Of a stretch of 25,434 bases of DNA, positions 1-8,290 are shown one piece after another (position 1 is the first letter of the stretch; the number at the start of each line of letters is the position of its first letter). Source of the stretch: a virus; IMG/VR virus record IMGVR_UViG_3300038425_000174. One strand, written 5' to 3'. A model generated the notes under the pieces. That model was not told the origin of the DNA. It ran no database searches and saw nothing but the letters and a program-made list of their open reading frames with translations. Both the position numbers and the translations under genes were made by a program.

Positions 1-49
1 GTCGAACTTTTCCCCCCGAGTCTCAGAATCTCTCACCCCAAAGGGCGAA

Positions 50-307
50 ATGGCGAAGCGACCCTCTACGAAGCTCCGCGGATATGGGATCGCCCACCAG
101 CGTCTGCGGGCTCACTGGAGCCCCTACGTCGACCGTGGGCAGGTCTCCTGCTGGCGCTGCGGACGGCCGATCCCACCTGGCCAGGCATGGCACCTCGGTC
201 ATGACGACTACGACCGAACACACTATCGGGGACCGGAGCACGTGCGCTGCAATGTCGGCGCGGCGAACAAACGGAAAGCACGGACGAAGCGATCGAGGGT
301 CTGGTGA
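50..307 (+). CDS. HNH endonuclease (phage packaging-associated type)
   Basis: 85 aa with CWRC...WHLGH...GPEHxxCN, the small actinophage HNH pattern; overlaps the next gene (GTGA). Confidence 0.85.
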   Translation: MAKRPSTKLRGYGIAHQRLRAHWSPYVDRGQVSCWRCGRPIPPGQAWHLGHDDYDRTHYRGPEHVRCNVGAANKRKARTKRSRVW

Positions 308-1458
308 TGATTCTTCACGCCGATTGCGTAGAGGCGATGCGGGGGATGTCGGAGAACAGCATCGACGCGATCGTGACCGATCCCCCCTATCACCTGAGCT
401 TCATGGGGCGTAGCTGGGATAAGGCGAGCCCCACCGACTCCCAGGCCATGCATGAGGTCTGGGCACGCGAGGGCCTACGACTCCTGAAGCCCGGGGGGCA
501 TCTTCTCGCCTTTGGCGGCACACGCACCTATCATCGTCTCGCCTGCGGGATCGAGGATGCGGGCTTCGAGATCCGTGACTCACTGATGTGGATTCACGGA
601 CAGGGCTTTCCGAAGTCCAAAAACGTGGCGCTGCTGATCGACAAGGCTGCCGGTCATCCGAACCGCGGACGCGCTATTCCTGCTGCCTCCACGCACTTCC
701 CGACCGGACGGTATGTCGAGGAGAAGTTGACGAGCAACCCGGTCGAGGAATATGAGGCGCGGACGGCCGAGGGTGAGGCGTGGAAAGGCTGGGGCACCGC
801 GCTCAAGCCCGCACACGAGCCGATCGTGATGGCGCGCAAGCCGCTGTCTGGCACGACTGTGAAGAATGTGCTCGCGCATGGTGTTGGGCCGATCAATGTT
901 GATGGCTGTCGTGTCGGGAGCGAGGAGCGGGTCAATACACCTGCCGGGAATAAGCCGGGCGAGGGCTCAGCCCTCTACATGAGCGATTATGGAATGCCAA
1001 CGGACACGACCGGGCGCACGGTGAGGGGACGCTGGCCGGCGAACGTAATCTTGGATGAGGCTGCGGCGATCGAGCTGGATGCTCAGAGTGGCTCGGGGAG
1101 GAGTCGAAAAGGAAAACCCCGCGTGGGGGTCAAGGGTGACGGCTGGGGAATGAGCGCAACCGGCGCGGAGTATGATGACAGGGGCGGCGCATCCCGGTTC
1201 TTCTATTGCGCGAAGGCGGGCCGTAAAGAGCGCGGTGCTGAGAACAAGCACCCGACGGTCAAGCCTCTCGCCCTGATGCGATGGCTGGTGCGGCTCGTGA
1301 CCCCACCGGGCGGGCTTGTACTCGATCCCTTCGCCGGCTCGGGCACCACTGGCCTGGCTGCGATCCGCGAGGGGTTTGAGTTCATCGGGATCGAGCGGGA
1401 ACCTGACTATGTCGCCACGGCGCGCTCGCGGATCTCTCAGGTTTTGGTCAGATCGTAG
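304..1458 (+). CDS. N4-C/N6-A DNA methyltransferase (beta class)
   Basis: Motif IV TDPPY near the N-terminus, HPTVKP, and motif I LDPFAGSGTTG near the C-terminus. Confidence 0.95.
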   Translation: MMILHADCVEAMRGMSENSIDAIVTDPPYHLSFMGRSWDKASPTDSQAMHEVWAREGLRLLKPGGHLLAFGGTRTYHRLACGIEDAGFEIRDSLMWIHGQGFPKSKNVALLIDKAAGHPNRGRAIPAASTHFPTGRYVEEKLTSNPVEEYEARTAEGEAWKGWGTALKPAHEPIVMARKPLSGTTVKNVLAHGVGPINVDGCRVGSEERVNTPAGNKPGEGSALYMSDYGMPTDTTGRTVRGRWPANVILDEAAAIELDAQSGSGRSRKGKPRVGVKGDGWGMSATGAEYDDRGGASRFFYCAKAGRKERGAENKHPTVKPLALMRWLVRLVTPPGGLVLDPFAGSGTTGLAAIREGFEFIGIEREPDYVATARSRISQVLVRS

Positions 1459-1658
1459 GTGCCCGGTGCGACCCTCTCAAATTGCTCGCAGCGTAGCAGG
1501 ATTGCGCCGAGGGTCTGCGAGGGCGTTCTACCTGTGATGTCGAGCTTTTCCCGCCTCAATATGGCCTCGGTCAGGTCGGTCAGTGTCATCGGGCCGCGTC
1601 TGCGCAGGACGGTTTCCGCCTCACTGCGCCAGGTTGGCCTCGTTGTTTTCGCGGGCAT
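1437..1658 (-). CDS. Small winged-helix protein, HARE-HTH-like
   Basis: 73 aa (MPAKTT...VLRRRGPMTLTDLTEAIL...GRTPSQTLGAIL...FERVAPGTYDL); strong RBS GGAAAGGA upstream of ATG 1658; it is the C-terminal part of the listed 1437..2072 ORF. Confidence 0.7.
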   Translation of the reverse strand: MPAKTTRPTWRSEAETVLRRRGPMTLTDLTEAILRREKLDITGRTPSQTLGAILLRCEQFERVAPGTYDLTKT

Positions 1659-1724
1659 GGGAAGTCCTTTCCGTAGTTCGATACCCCATTCTGCCGTTTT
1701 TCGAGCGGAAGTCAAGGAGATGTC

Positions 1725-2282
1725 GTGAGCAAGATCCATCCGGATCTGGAGGCCCTGGCCTTTCCCGTCGAGAAGCTCACCCCCCTGCCGGGTAATCCGC
1801 GGCGCGGGGACGTGGCGGCCGTCGCGCGCAGCTATGCCACCTTCGGGCAGCGTAAGCCGATCGTCGCGAGACGTGAGGGCGACGGCGGGATCGTGATCGC
1901 CGGCAACCACCAGCACGCAGCCGCGAAGGAACTGGGATGGGAGAACATCGCGGTCCTCTGGGTCGACGATGATGATCTCACCGCCAAGGCGTTTGCCCTC
2001 GCCGATAATCGCACCGCCGATCTCGGCTCCTATGACAACGCGGATCTCCTGACGATGCTCCAGTCCGTGCATGACGCGGACAGCGGGCTCTTCGAGGCGA
2101 CGGCGTATGACGAGTCGGCTCTCGCCAACCTGATCGAGAAGCTGGAGATCCCCGATCCGGCGGCAGTGGAAATCGCTGAGTCCTACGCGGTCCTTGTCGA
2201 CTGTGAGTCAGAAGCGGATCAGGTGATCCTGCTGGAACGCCTCACCGAGGAAGGATTGAAATGCCGGGCACTCGTATCGTAG
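1725..2282 (+). CDS. ParB/Srx-like N-terminal domain protein
   Basis: LTPLPGNPRRGDV...FGQRKPIV...IVIAGNH...AAKELGW...ALADNRT; RBS AAGGAG upstream. Confidence 0.9.
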   Translation: MSKIHPDLEALAFPVEKLTPLPGNPRRGDVAAVARSYATFGQRKPIVARREGDGGIVIAGNHQHAAAKELGWENIAVLWVDDDDLTAKAFALADNRTADLGSYDNADLLTMLQSVHDADSGLFEATAYDESALANLIEKLEIPDPAAVEIAESYAVLVDCESEADQVILLERLTEEGLKCRALVS

Positions 2283-3370
2283 TCAGCACCCCGGTCAAGG
2301 ACACCCCACGCGTCCTGCAACTGCGCGGGCTCTTTGATATCCCCGCGGAGAAGACCTCGCAGGTGGAATGGGACGTGAGCCTACCCCTGGAGGAGAAGGA
2401 CTGGCAGATCGGCCTCATTGTGGGACCGTCCGGCTCGGGGAAGTCAACTATCAGTCGCGAGCTATGGGATGTGCAGACGGGTTTTCAGTGGCCGGAGGAT
2501 CAGTCCGTGGTGGATGGCTTCCCAAAGGCGATGGGTATCAAGAAGATCACGGGCCTGCTGTCCTCGGTCGGATTCTCAAGCCCTCCCTCCTGGCTGCGAC
2601 CTTATAGGGTGCTCAGCACGGGTGAGAAATTCCGGGTGGACATCGCCCGGGCGCTTGCGGAGTCCGAGGATCTGGTGGTGATCGACGAGTTCACCTCGGT
2701 GGTCGACCGCACCGTGGCTCAGATCGGCTCGGCGGCCATCGCGAAGGCGATCCGTCGGAGCGGCAATCGCTTCATCGCGGTGACCTGTCACGAGGATATC
2801 GAAGCGTGGCTTCAGCCGGATTGGATCTACCGTCCGGCGACAAACGAGTTCACCTGGGGGTGCCTTCATCGACGCCCAGCGATCGTCCTCAGTGTCTCCC
2901 GTGTCTCTCCTTCGGCCTGGACCCTCTTCCGACACCATCACTATTTAGACAGTGACCTGCACAAATCCGCGACCTGTTTCGGCGCCTGGTGGGAAGGACA
3001 GCTCGTCGCATTCTCTGCCTGGCTGCCGCTGGTCGGCAAAAAGGCGACCAAGAGGGCGACCCGCACCGTGTGCCTCCCTGATTACCAGGGTGTCGGGATC
3101 GGCAACGCCCTGGTGAATCACGCGGCGGAAATGTGGGCCGGTCTCGGCATCACATGCAAGGTAGTCTCGGCCCATCCCGCACTCATCAACAGCCGCAACC
3201 GTTCACCGCTGTGGGCGATGACCCGGCAGCCGTCCCGGTCGAGCCGGAGCGCACAGAAGTTTCGTTACATGGACAAAACGGCGGCGAACCGCCGGTTGGT
3301 CACGGGCTTCCGATACGTCGGCCCCGCGATGGAGCGGGAGGATGCCGAACGGCTGCTTCACTCATTATGA
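2261..3370 (+). CDS. ABC-type ATPase fused to a GNAT acetyltransferase
   Basis: Walker A GPSGSGKS, signature LSTGE, Walker B VVIDEF, H-loop VTCH; C-terminal GNAT motif A RTVCLPDYQGVGIG; no membrane partner nearby. Confidence 0.9.
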   Translation: MPGTRIVVSTPVKDTPRVLQLRGLFDIPAEKTSQVEWDVSLPLEEKDWQIGLIVGPSGSGKSTISRELWDVQTGFQWPEDQSVVDGFPKAMGIKKITGLLSSVGFSSPPSWLRPYRVLSTGEKFRVDIARALAESEDLVVIDEFTSVVDRTVAQIGSAAIAKAIRRSGNRFIAVTCHEDIEAWLQPDWIYRPATNEFTWGCLHRRPAIVLSVSRVSPSAWTLFRHHHYLDSDLHKSATCFGAWWEGQLVAFSAWLPLVGKKATKRATRTVCLPDYQGVGIGNALVNHAAEMWAGLGITCKVVSAHPALINSRNRSPLWAMTRQPSRSSRSAQKFRYMDKTAANRRLVTGFRYVGPAMEREDAERLLHSL

Positions 3371-3882
3371 GACCCCCGATCGAACTTCAGATCTGCCGGG
3401 TCCCGACCTCGGTATGGGTGATCTTCCGGCATCATCATTATCTGGACACGAATCTTCACAAAGCCGCGATATGCTTCGGCGCGTGGTGGAATGAGAGCCT
3501 GATCGCGTTCTGCGCGTGGCTCCCGCACGTCGGCCAGAAGAATGCGAAGCGGGTGACACGGACGGTGTGTCTACCGGACTACCAGGGGGTGGGCATCGGC
3601 AACGCGCTGATGGCTCACACCGCGAGTATGTACTCTGGCCTCGGGGTGAAGTGCCGGGTGAGCGCAACCCACCCCGGGCTGATCGCGAGCTGCAACCGCT
3701 CGCCCCTGTGGGCGCTCACGCGCCAGCCGGCGCGGTCGGGCGGGCGCAGTGTGGGGAAGTTCCGCTGTATGGATGCGGCGAAATCCTACCAACGCCTGAT
3801 CGCGTCCTTTCAGTATGTCGGTCCCCCGATGATCCGGGAGGACGCCGAACGGCTCCTGCATTCCCACGTAGAGGGGTCCTAG
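3367..3882 (+). CDS. Stand-alone GNAT acetyltransferase, paralog of the preceding GNAT domain
   Basis: ATGA-coupled start at 3367; shares FRHHHYLD, RTVCLPDYQGVGIGNAL, NRSPLWA and REDAERLLHS with the upstream protein. Confidence 0.88.
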   Translation: MRPPIELQICRVPTSVWVIFRHHHYLDTNLHKAAICFGAWWNESLIAFCAWLPHVGQKNAKRVTRTVCLPDYQGVGIGNALMAHTASMYSGLGVKCRVSATHPGLIASCNRSPLWALTRQPARSGGRSVGKFRCMDAAKSYQRLIASFQYVGPPMIREDAERLLHSHVEGS

Positions 3883-4075
3883 ATGATCCCCCTAGGGGGT
3901 AGGTCCCCCCAGGGGCTCCGGTCCCCTGAGCCCTCCGTGGTCCCCTCCTACGGGGATCGGTTCGGCTCGGAAGGGTCTAGGAAGGGATCGGGAGCCGATC
4001 CCCTTAGGCTCCCCTGGCGCCCCCTGAGGCTCGATCCCCCAGAATCCCCTAGACCCTGGGGGGCTCGATCCCCTC
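3870..4075. repeat. Low-complexity C-run/G-run intergenic region with short repeats
   Basis: Palindrome CCCCCTAGGGGG at 3888-3899; GATCCCC at 3885, 3997, 4033 and 4067; several CCCCT(A/G) motifs; lies between convergent genes. Confidence 0.5.
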
Positions 4076-4423
4076 TCACCCTCTCACCTCAAAGAGTCCC
4101 AGACGTCCCGGGCATCGCCGGAAGGGCCGAGCCCTGGGATTCGCCAGGACCCAGTGCCAGTATCCCTCCAGCGCCCAGGGTGAGGGATAACCGTGGACGC
4201 AATCCACGACATCCACCACCCCGATGATCCCTCCGGTGGGTGGATCGACCGGGAGGGTGAGCCCCAGGTGATCCAGGTACCCCCACCCCCCCGGAGAGTC
4301 CACCCGGGCAGCGTGGATCAGTAACGGTCCACGGTAGGATGTGGGCCAGGTGCGATTCTCCACATCCTTACCTCCCTGGAGGATCGCCCAGGCCCACGGT
4401 TGCTTGACTGATAGGGCTTTCAT
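4076..4423 (-). CDS. ASCH domain protein
   Basis: MKALSVKQPWAWAILQGGKDVENRTWPTSYRGPLLIHA...GRLGLF; ATGA-coupled start at 4423. Confidence 0.93.
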   Translation of the reverse strand: MKALSVKQPWAWAILQGGKDVENRTWPTSYRGPLLIHAARVDSPGGWGYLDHLGLTLPVDPPTGGIIGVVDVVDCVHGYPSPWALEGYWHWVLANPRARPFRRCPGRLGLFEVRG

Positions 4424-4638
4424 CGGTTCACCGTAACCGTATTCCCTGGACGGAACCGCCAGCCGCAATGGGCACAGTGTCGGATCAGCCGTGGCTCCAC
4501 GGCCGGTGGTATTGTGGGATGCCCGCATTTTGGACACCGGTGTTCTTGCTTGTCTGTGGCTTCTCGCAGGTCTCGCAGGATCACCAGAGCCTCCCTCTTA
4601 CTGATGCGGGGTCCCTCGATGCGGTATCGGTGGGTCAT
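4420..4638 (-). CDS. Small Zn-ribbon protein
   Basis: CPKC...CAHC; ATGA overlaps at both ends. Confidence 0.7.
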   Translation of the reverse strand: MTHRYRIEGPRISKREALVILRDLREATDKQEHRCPKCGHPTIPPAVEPRLIRHCAHCGWRFRPGNTVTVNR

Positions 4639-5450
4639 ATCGTCATCACTCCACGGGCTGCCATCTCCGCACACTCTACCTGCTCCTGCTTGAGCTGCTC
4701 TGCGACACCCTCCGCAGCCCGGTTGGCTTCTTCGGTGACGTACTTTGACTCTCCGATGAATCCCCAGCAGGAGTCATAGAATGGCCCCTGCAGATCCTCA
4801 CCGTCGGGTCCCTTGATGATGTATCCGTACACTTCCCCCGCGAGGTAGGCCCCATACTCCGAGGCTTCCGACTTGAGATACCTCAATGCGGCCTCGCGGT
4901 CCCCCGGCCATTCCTTCTCGACGGTCTCACGGTCGCACACGATGATCCCGTTACAGGACTCCGGATCACTCTCCCCACAGCGGCTCCCACTGGAGCCATA
5001 GTCGTCAAACCGGATCGGCAGGAACACCGAACCGGCTCCGTACTCAGACGCGACCCATTCATCGAGGTCGGCCTCCCGCTTCCCCTCACCTTTGCAGAGG
5101 GAGCACGTGGCTGCCCTCACGCTCAGGCTGGCCGGATCACGATCGCACTCGTGTTCCATCGACTCCCGGGAGCCGATCCCAACCACCTTACCGAGGAACC
5201 TTCCCCGGATGAGTTCGGTGCGCTTGGGATCGTCTCCTGTCCCTTCACATCGGGGACACTCCAGCTCCAGGTACTGGGGATCGATGCTCACCTGCTCGTC
5301 TCCCCAGGAATACCGGCTGCCGTAGCCTCCCTCGTTGAAGTAGATCATGACCCCCGCGTGGTCGGGCTCCTTACGGGGATCGAATTCACTGTCATCGTAG
5401 TGTAGCTCCACCGTCACTCCGGCGTGCTCGTATGTGTCAAACGGCTCCAT
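4635..5450 (-). CDS. Acidic phage protein with GEVYGY/DSCWGF motifs and a DnaJ-type Zn finger
   Basis: CPRCEGTG...CSLCKGEG; YLAGEVYGY...DSCWGFIG; RBS GAAAGGTG before ATG 5450. Confidence 0.8.
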   Translation of the reverse strand: MEPFDTYEHAGVTVELHYDDSEFDPRKEPDHAGVMIYFNEGGYGSRYSWGDEQVSIDPQYLELECPRCEGTGDDPKRTELIRGRFLGKVVGIGSRESMEHECDRDPASLSVRAATCSLCKGEGKREADLDEWVASEYGAGSVFLPIRFDDYGSSGSRCGESDPESCNGIIVCDRETVEKEWPGDREAALRYLKSEASEYGAYLAGEVYGYIIKGPDGEDLQGPFYDSCWGFIGESKYVTEEANRAAEGVAEQLKQEQVECAEMAARGVMTI

Positions 5451-5652
5451 CTGTTTCACCTTTCATGATTGCAGCGATATGCAGACGGACTGCCTGAGCC
5501 CCCATATAGGAGACTCCTCCTCGATCGGGGTCGGGCAGCCCATTGCGTATCACCTGCTGGTAGTAACGCTCGGCATAATCACGCTTCGACTTGTTCCGTA
5601 TCCGGTCGATGTACCGCCGGATCTCATTGTGTGCTGTGAGTAGATCGTTCAT
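5437..5652 (-). CDS. Hypothetical protein (71 aa)
   Basis: MNDLLTAH...; TGATG coupling with the upstream gene. Confidence 0.7.
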   Translation of the reverse strand: MNDLLTAHNEIRRYIDRIRNKSKRDYAERYYQQVIRNGLPDPDRGGVSYMGAQAVRLHIAAIMKGETDGAV

Positions 5653-6014
5653 CACGCTGCCTTCAACTGCACGCCGTACTTGGGGTCGATCCTGCGCGCT
5701 GTCAGTGCCGGGCGTTTTTTGGCCCTCGGTTTGAATCCCCATCCGACTCGGGGACCGAACCAAATCGCACCATTGAACGGTGGCTTGGCTTCTGCGATCA
5801 GCGCGACTTCCCGCGCCGTTCGCCCGGTAGGTAGGGTTGTGACCTTGGTCGACTTCCGCTCGGAGAGCCCCCGAGCCTGGTAGCCGGCCATGAACGCACC
5901 CGCCAACCCGAGATCATCGAAGGTCTCCAGTGTGCTCCATCCCGTAGGGGTGATGAGCACCACGGCGACTTCACCGTTCTCGTGATCGGTGATTTCTACT
6001 GCTGTCTTTCTCAT
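5652..6014 (-). CDS. Hypothetical protein (120 aa)
   Basis: RBS AAGGAG before ATG 6014; fits the operon tiling. Confidence 0.72.
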   Translation of the reverse strand: MRKTAVEITDHENGEVAVVLITPTGWSTLETFDDLGLAGAFMAGYQARGLSERKSTKVTTLPTGRTAREVALIAEAKPPFNGAIWFGPRVGWGFKPRAKKRPALTARRIDPKYGVQLKAA

Positions 6015-6023
6015 GTCTGCTCC

Positions 6024-6236
6024 TTACTCTGGTTTCCTCGTCGGTCCGAAGTGCGCGTAACGCACCGCGTCGACGATCTCCTCAACGTCGATCCCTTCCC
6101 GCACCCACCGACTGATATTCTCATCGGTGAAGGTTCGGGTGATCGGGTGAGGTTCGATGTCCTCCCGGTTGACTGTGACTCTTCCGACAAGCTCACCGTC
6201 GGGTGTGGTCACGTTGATGTAAGCGACGACGCTCAT
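6024..6236 (-). CDS. Hypothetical protein (70 aa)
   Basis: MSVVAYINV...; ATGA coupling at 6233-6236. Confidence 0.68.
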   Translation of the reverse strand: MSVVAYINVTTPDGELVGRVTVNREDIEPHPITRTFTDENISRWVREGIDVEEIVDAVRYAHFGPTRKPE

Positions 6237-6421
6237 GTGATTCTGATCCTTTCCGAGTTGGCGATCAGCGTGTCCAGGTCCTGCGCCCACGCTGCTGTCT
6301 CCTCCCAGGTTTCCCCGACCCCGTCGCGACCCACCCCCGCTGCCTTGCAGAGGGCACAGGTCGACACGTAACTCTGGAGTGCCGCCCGGATGATCCGTTC
6401 CTGTCTCGCATTGAGTGTCAT
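6233..6421 (-). CDS. Hypothetical protein (62 aa)
   Basis: RBS GAGGAG; ATGA coupling at both ends. Confidence 0.68.
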   Translation of the reverse strand: MTLNARQERIIRAALQSYVSTCALCKAAGVGRDGVGETWEETAAWAQDLDTLIANSERIRIT

Positions 6422-6639
6422 TGTGTCTCCTCAATCGTGCCGTGGTAGCGGTGGCTCAACTCCTCCACCGTGCGATAGTCATCATCATCGAGGTCCCCCG
6501 GACCGTCCATCGATTGACGCCAACAGTCGCCCGATAGGCCATCGTGGGTCCACCAGCCAGTAAGTTGTAGGGTGATCGGACGCCCACAGTCTGGACAGGT
6601 TCCCACGGGACGCTTACTGATGTCTCTCTCGGTAGTCAT
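6418..6639 (-). CDS. Hypothetical protein, possible metal-binding (CPDC...H...C)
   Basis: ATGA-coupled; CxxC motif. Confidence 0.65.
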   Translation of the reverse strand: MTTERDISKRPVGTCPDCGRPITLQLTGWWTHDGLSGDCWRQSMDGPGDLDDDDYRTVEELSHRYHGTIEETQ

Positions 6640-6854
6640 TGCTGCGTCGCTTTCATCTGGTCGTGTACCGTCTTACGTGTTACGCCTGCGATGGTGGAGA
6701 TCTCGGTGATCGAGATCCCCGCCTCCCTACACTGCTCAGCAAGCGTTCCTAGCTCGATGCGCAGTTCACTGAGTTGCCTTTCCGTGGTCTCCCTCCGTTG
6801 GCGATAATCCCGCAGGAGGGCGCGACACTTCTCGGGTTTGATTGGACGGGTCAT
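6636..6854 (-). CDS. Helix-turn-helix DNA-binding protein
   Basis: N-terminal coiled coil followed by REAGISITEISTIAGVTRKTVH. Confidence 0.8.
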   Translation of the reverse strand: MTRPIKPEKCRALLRDYRQRRETTERQLSELRIELGTLAEQCREAGISITEISTIAGVTRKTVHDQMKATQQ

Positions 6855-7228
6855 CCGTAGATCCTCCCATCGTCACCGACGTACAGATACGCCTCACCCG
6901 CACCGGTTCGATCCCAATATCCGCACCCGTGACCATTGCGAGTTAGCCACAGGTCGTGTCCGGCGTAGGCCATCGGCTCGCCCTCGGCAGGGTTGTAGGT
7001 GATCTTCTCGCAGTACTCTTCGAGATCGCCCGTGTGCTCCGTCATGAACCCGAGGCAGTCTTCGCACATGGTGTCGAAGGTGTCCGGGTCGATGTCCCGT
7101 CCGGTGTAGTTCTGGTCCAACGGCTCACCTCCCTGTTCATTGCTCTGATCACTTGACGACCATAGGGCGCACGTGATGTAGCCGTGTATGAATTCCCCGA
7201 CGTCCCGGGTTGTGAATGTGAAGGTCAC
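6851..7228 (-). CDS. Conserved phage protein (GHDxWLTRNGHGxGxWDR family)
   Basis: GYITCALWSS...AGHDLWLTRNGHGCGYWDR...LYVGDDGRIY; function unknown. Confidence 0.8.
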   Translation of the reverse strand: MTFTFTTRDVGEFIHGYITCALWSSSDQSNEQGGEPLDQNYTGRDIDPDTFDTMCEDCLGFMTEHTGDLEEYCEKITYNPAEGEPMAYAGHDLWLTRNGHGCGYWDRTGAGEAYLYVGDDGRIYG

Positions 7229-7509
7229 TTGGACTCACCGTCCCAATCGTAGGTTGTGAACTCGCCGGTCTCCACCTCGGTCATCAGCTCACGCATGGGC
7301 CAGAACCGCTCCCAGCCCTCGCGCGTCGTGACCCGCAGGTAGAGGTCCCGGATGTCATCGTCCGACTGTCCGAAGGCGCCGGTCTGATCGCCGACGCTCC
7401 GGGCCGTGCCATAGACGACTGTTCCATCGTCATAGGCACGCGCTACCTTGGCACAGGTCTGCGCGGTGCGCAGCACCTCAGCCGCTGCTAGCGTTTCCTG
7501 GATGTTCAT
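7225..7509 (-). CDS. Hypothetical protein (94 aa)
   Basis: RBS AAGGAG; coupled at both ends. Confidence 0.72.
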   Translation of the reverse strand: MNIQETLAAAEVLRTAQTCAKVARAYDDGTVVYGTARSVGDQTGAFGQSDDDIRDLYLRVTTREGWERFWPMRELMTEVETGEFTTYDWDGESK

Positions 7510-7685
7510 GATCGCTCCTTACCGTCCTCGGTGATGTAGTGGTGGGTCCCGTCCTCACACTGGACGTGGACCAGGATACCTGCGGTCGAGAGGGTCACGT
7601 TGACCTCGCAGGTGCCGTGCTCCAGGCACAACGCCTCGATCGCGTTCTGCTGCTCTCGTGTCTCTGGGATGTGTTCGCCTCTCAT
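7506..7685 (-). CDS. Hypothetical protein (59 aa)
   Basis: ATGA-coupled start at 7685. Confidence 0.62.
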   Translation of the reverse strand: MRGEHIPETREQQNAIEALCLEHGTCEVNVTLSTAGILVHVQCEDGTHHYITEDGKERS

Positions 7686-8290
7686 GACCGACCCCCCAAC
7701 CCGCACGCGGTCTCGATCGAGCGCGCGATGGTGTCTACCGTCTCGGCGTGTTTCTTGATCGCGGCGAGATCCCCGTTCTCACCCCATCCTGCGATGTAGG
7801 GGATCGACTCACCCGACGTGTCCAGTCCCAACGAGCCGCACACGATCGTGGCCGCGGTCTCTACGATCACCTCAGCTTCACCGCGGGTGTATTCCTTATA
7901 GGTCACGCCGTGGGCGTGCGCCAGCTCGTGAATCAGCGTCCGCACCTTGCCATTCGGCGCTAGGTCGGTCGAGATCACGATCCGCTTGCCCTTCTCATCG
8001 TAGAATCCCTGGGCCTCGCTCGTCGGCTCGTACTCGTAGACCGTGAGATCCATCGAGCGCGCCAGTGCCTTCAATGGCTCCAGGTAGTGCTCGTGTGAAT
8101 CTCCGGTGATCGGCTCGCGTGGAACCTCCGGCAATGACTCACCGTCGGTCTGCGATATATCGAACTGTAGTCGTGGAACGTCGCCCGGGTCTCGCCTGCG
8201 CCAACCATCGGACGTGAGAAGCTCGCGAACAGCGCGCTCGACCTGCTCGCGCTGCTCGGCTCGCCTCTGCTCCTTGTCCTGGGTGCTCAC
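7682..8290 (-). CDS. ArdC-like protein with an intact HExxH zincin-like domain and an internally deleted ssDNA-binding domain
   Basis: LLTSDGW...FDISQTDG...GFY...TLIHELAHA...AEVIVETAA...LGLDT..S..YIAGW; an out-of-frame relic ETRATFHDYS lies at 8193-8164. Confidence 0.8.
   Translation of the reverse strand: MSTQDKEQRRAEQREQVERAVRELLTSDGWRRRDPGDVPRLQFDISQTDGESLPEVPREPITGDSHEHYLEPLKALARSMDLTVYEYEPTSEAQGFYDEKGKRIVISTDLAPNGKVRTLIHELAHAHGVTYKEYTRGEAEVIVETAATIVCGSLGLDTSGESIPYIAGWGENGDLAAIKKHAETVDTIARSIETACGLGGRS

Noticed and set aside
1-49. Possible cos-like site at the window start (TTTTTCCCCCCG next to an HNH gene)
   Set aside because: Plausible, but upstream context is missing so it cannot be supported; needs terminus mapping
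2261-3370. ABC transporter
   Set aside because: No transmembrane or substrate-binding partner; the ATPase is fused to a GNAT
2870-3882. GNAT repeat pair as a diversity-generating retroelement TR/VR
   Set aside because: Mismatches are not adenine-specific and many are synonymous; both copies are coding; no reverse transcriptase in the window
3883-4227. 114-aa Pro-rich plus-strand ORF
   Set aside because: A translation of low-complexity DNA that overlaps the ASCH gene antisense; no RBS
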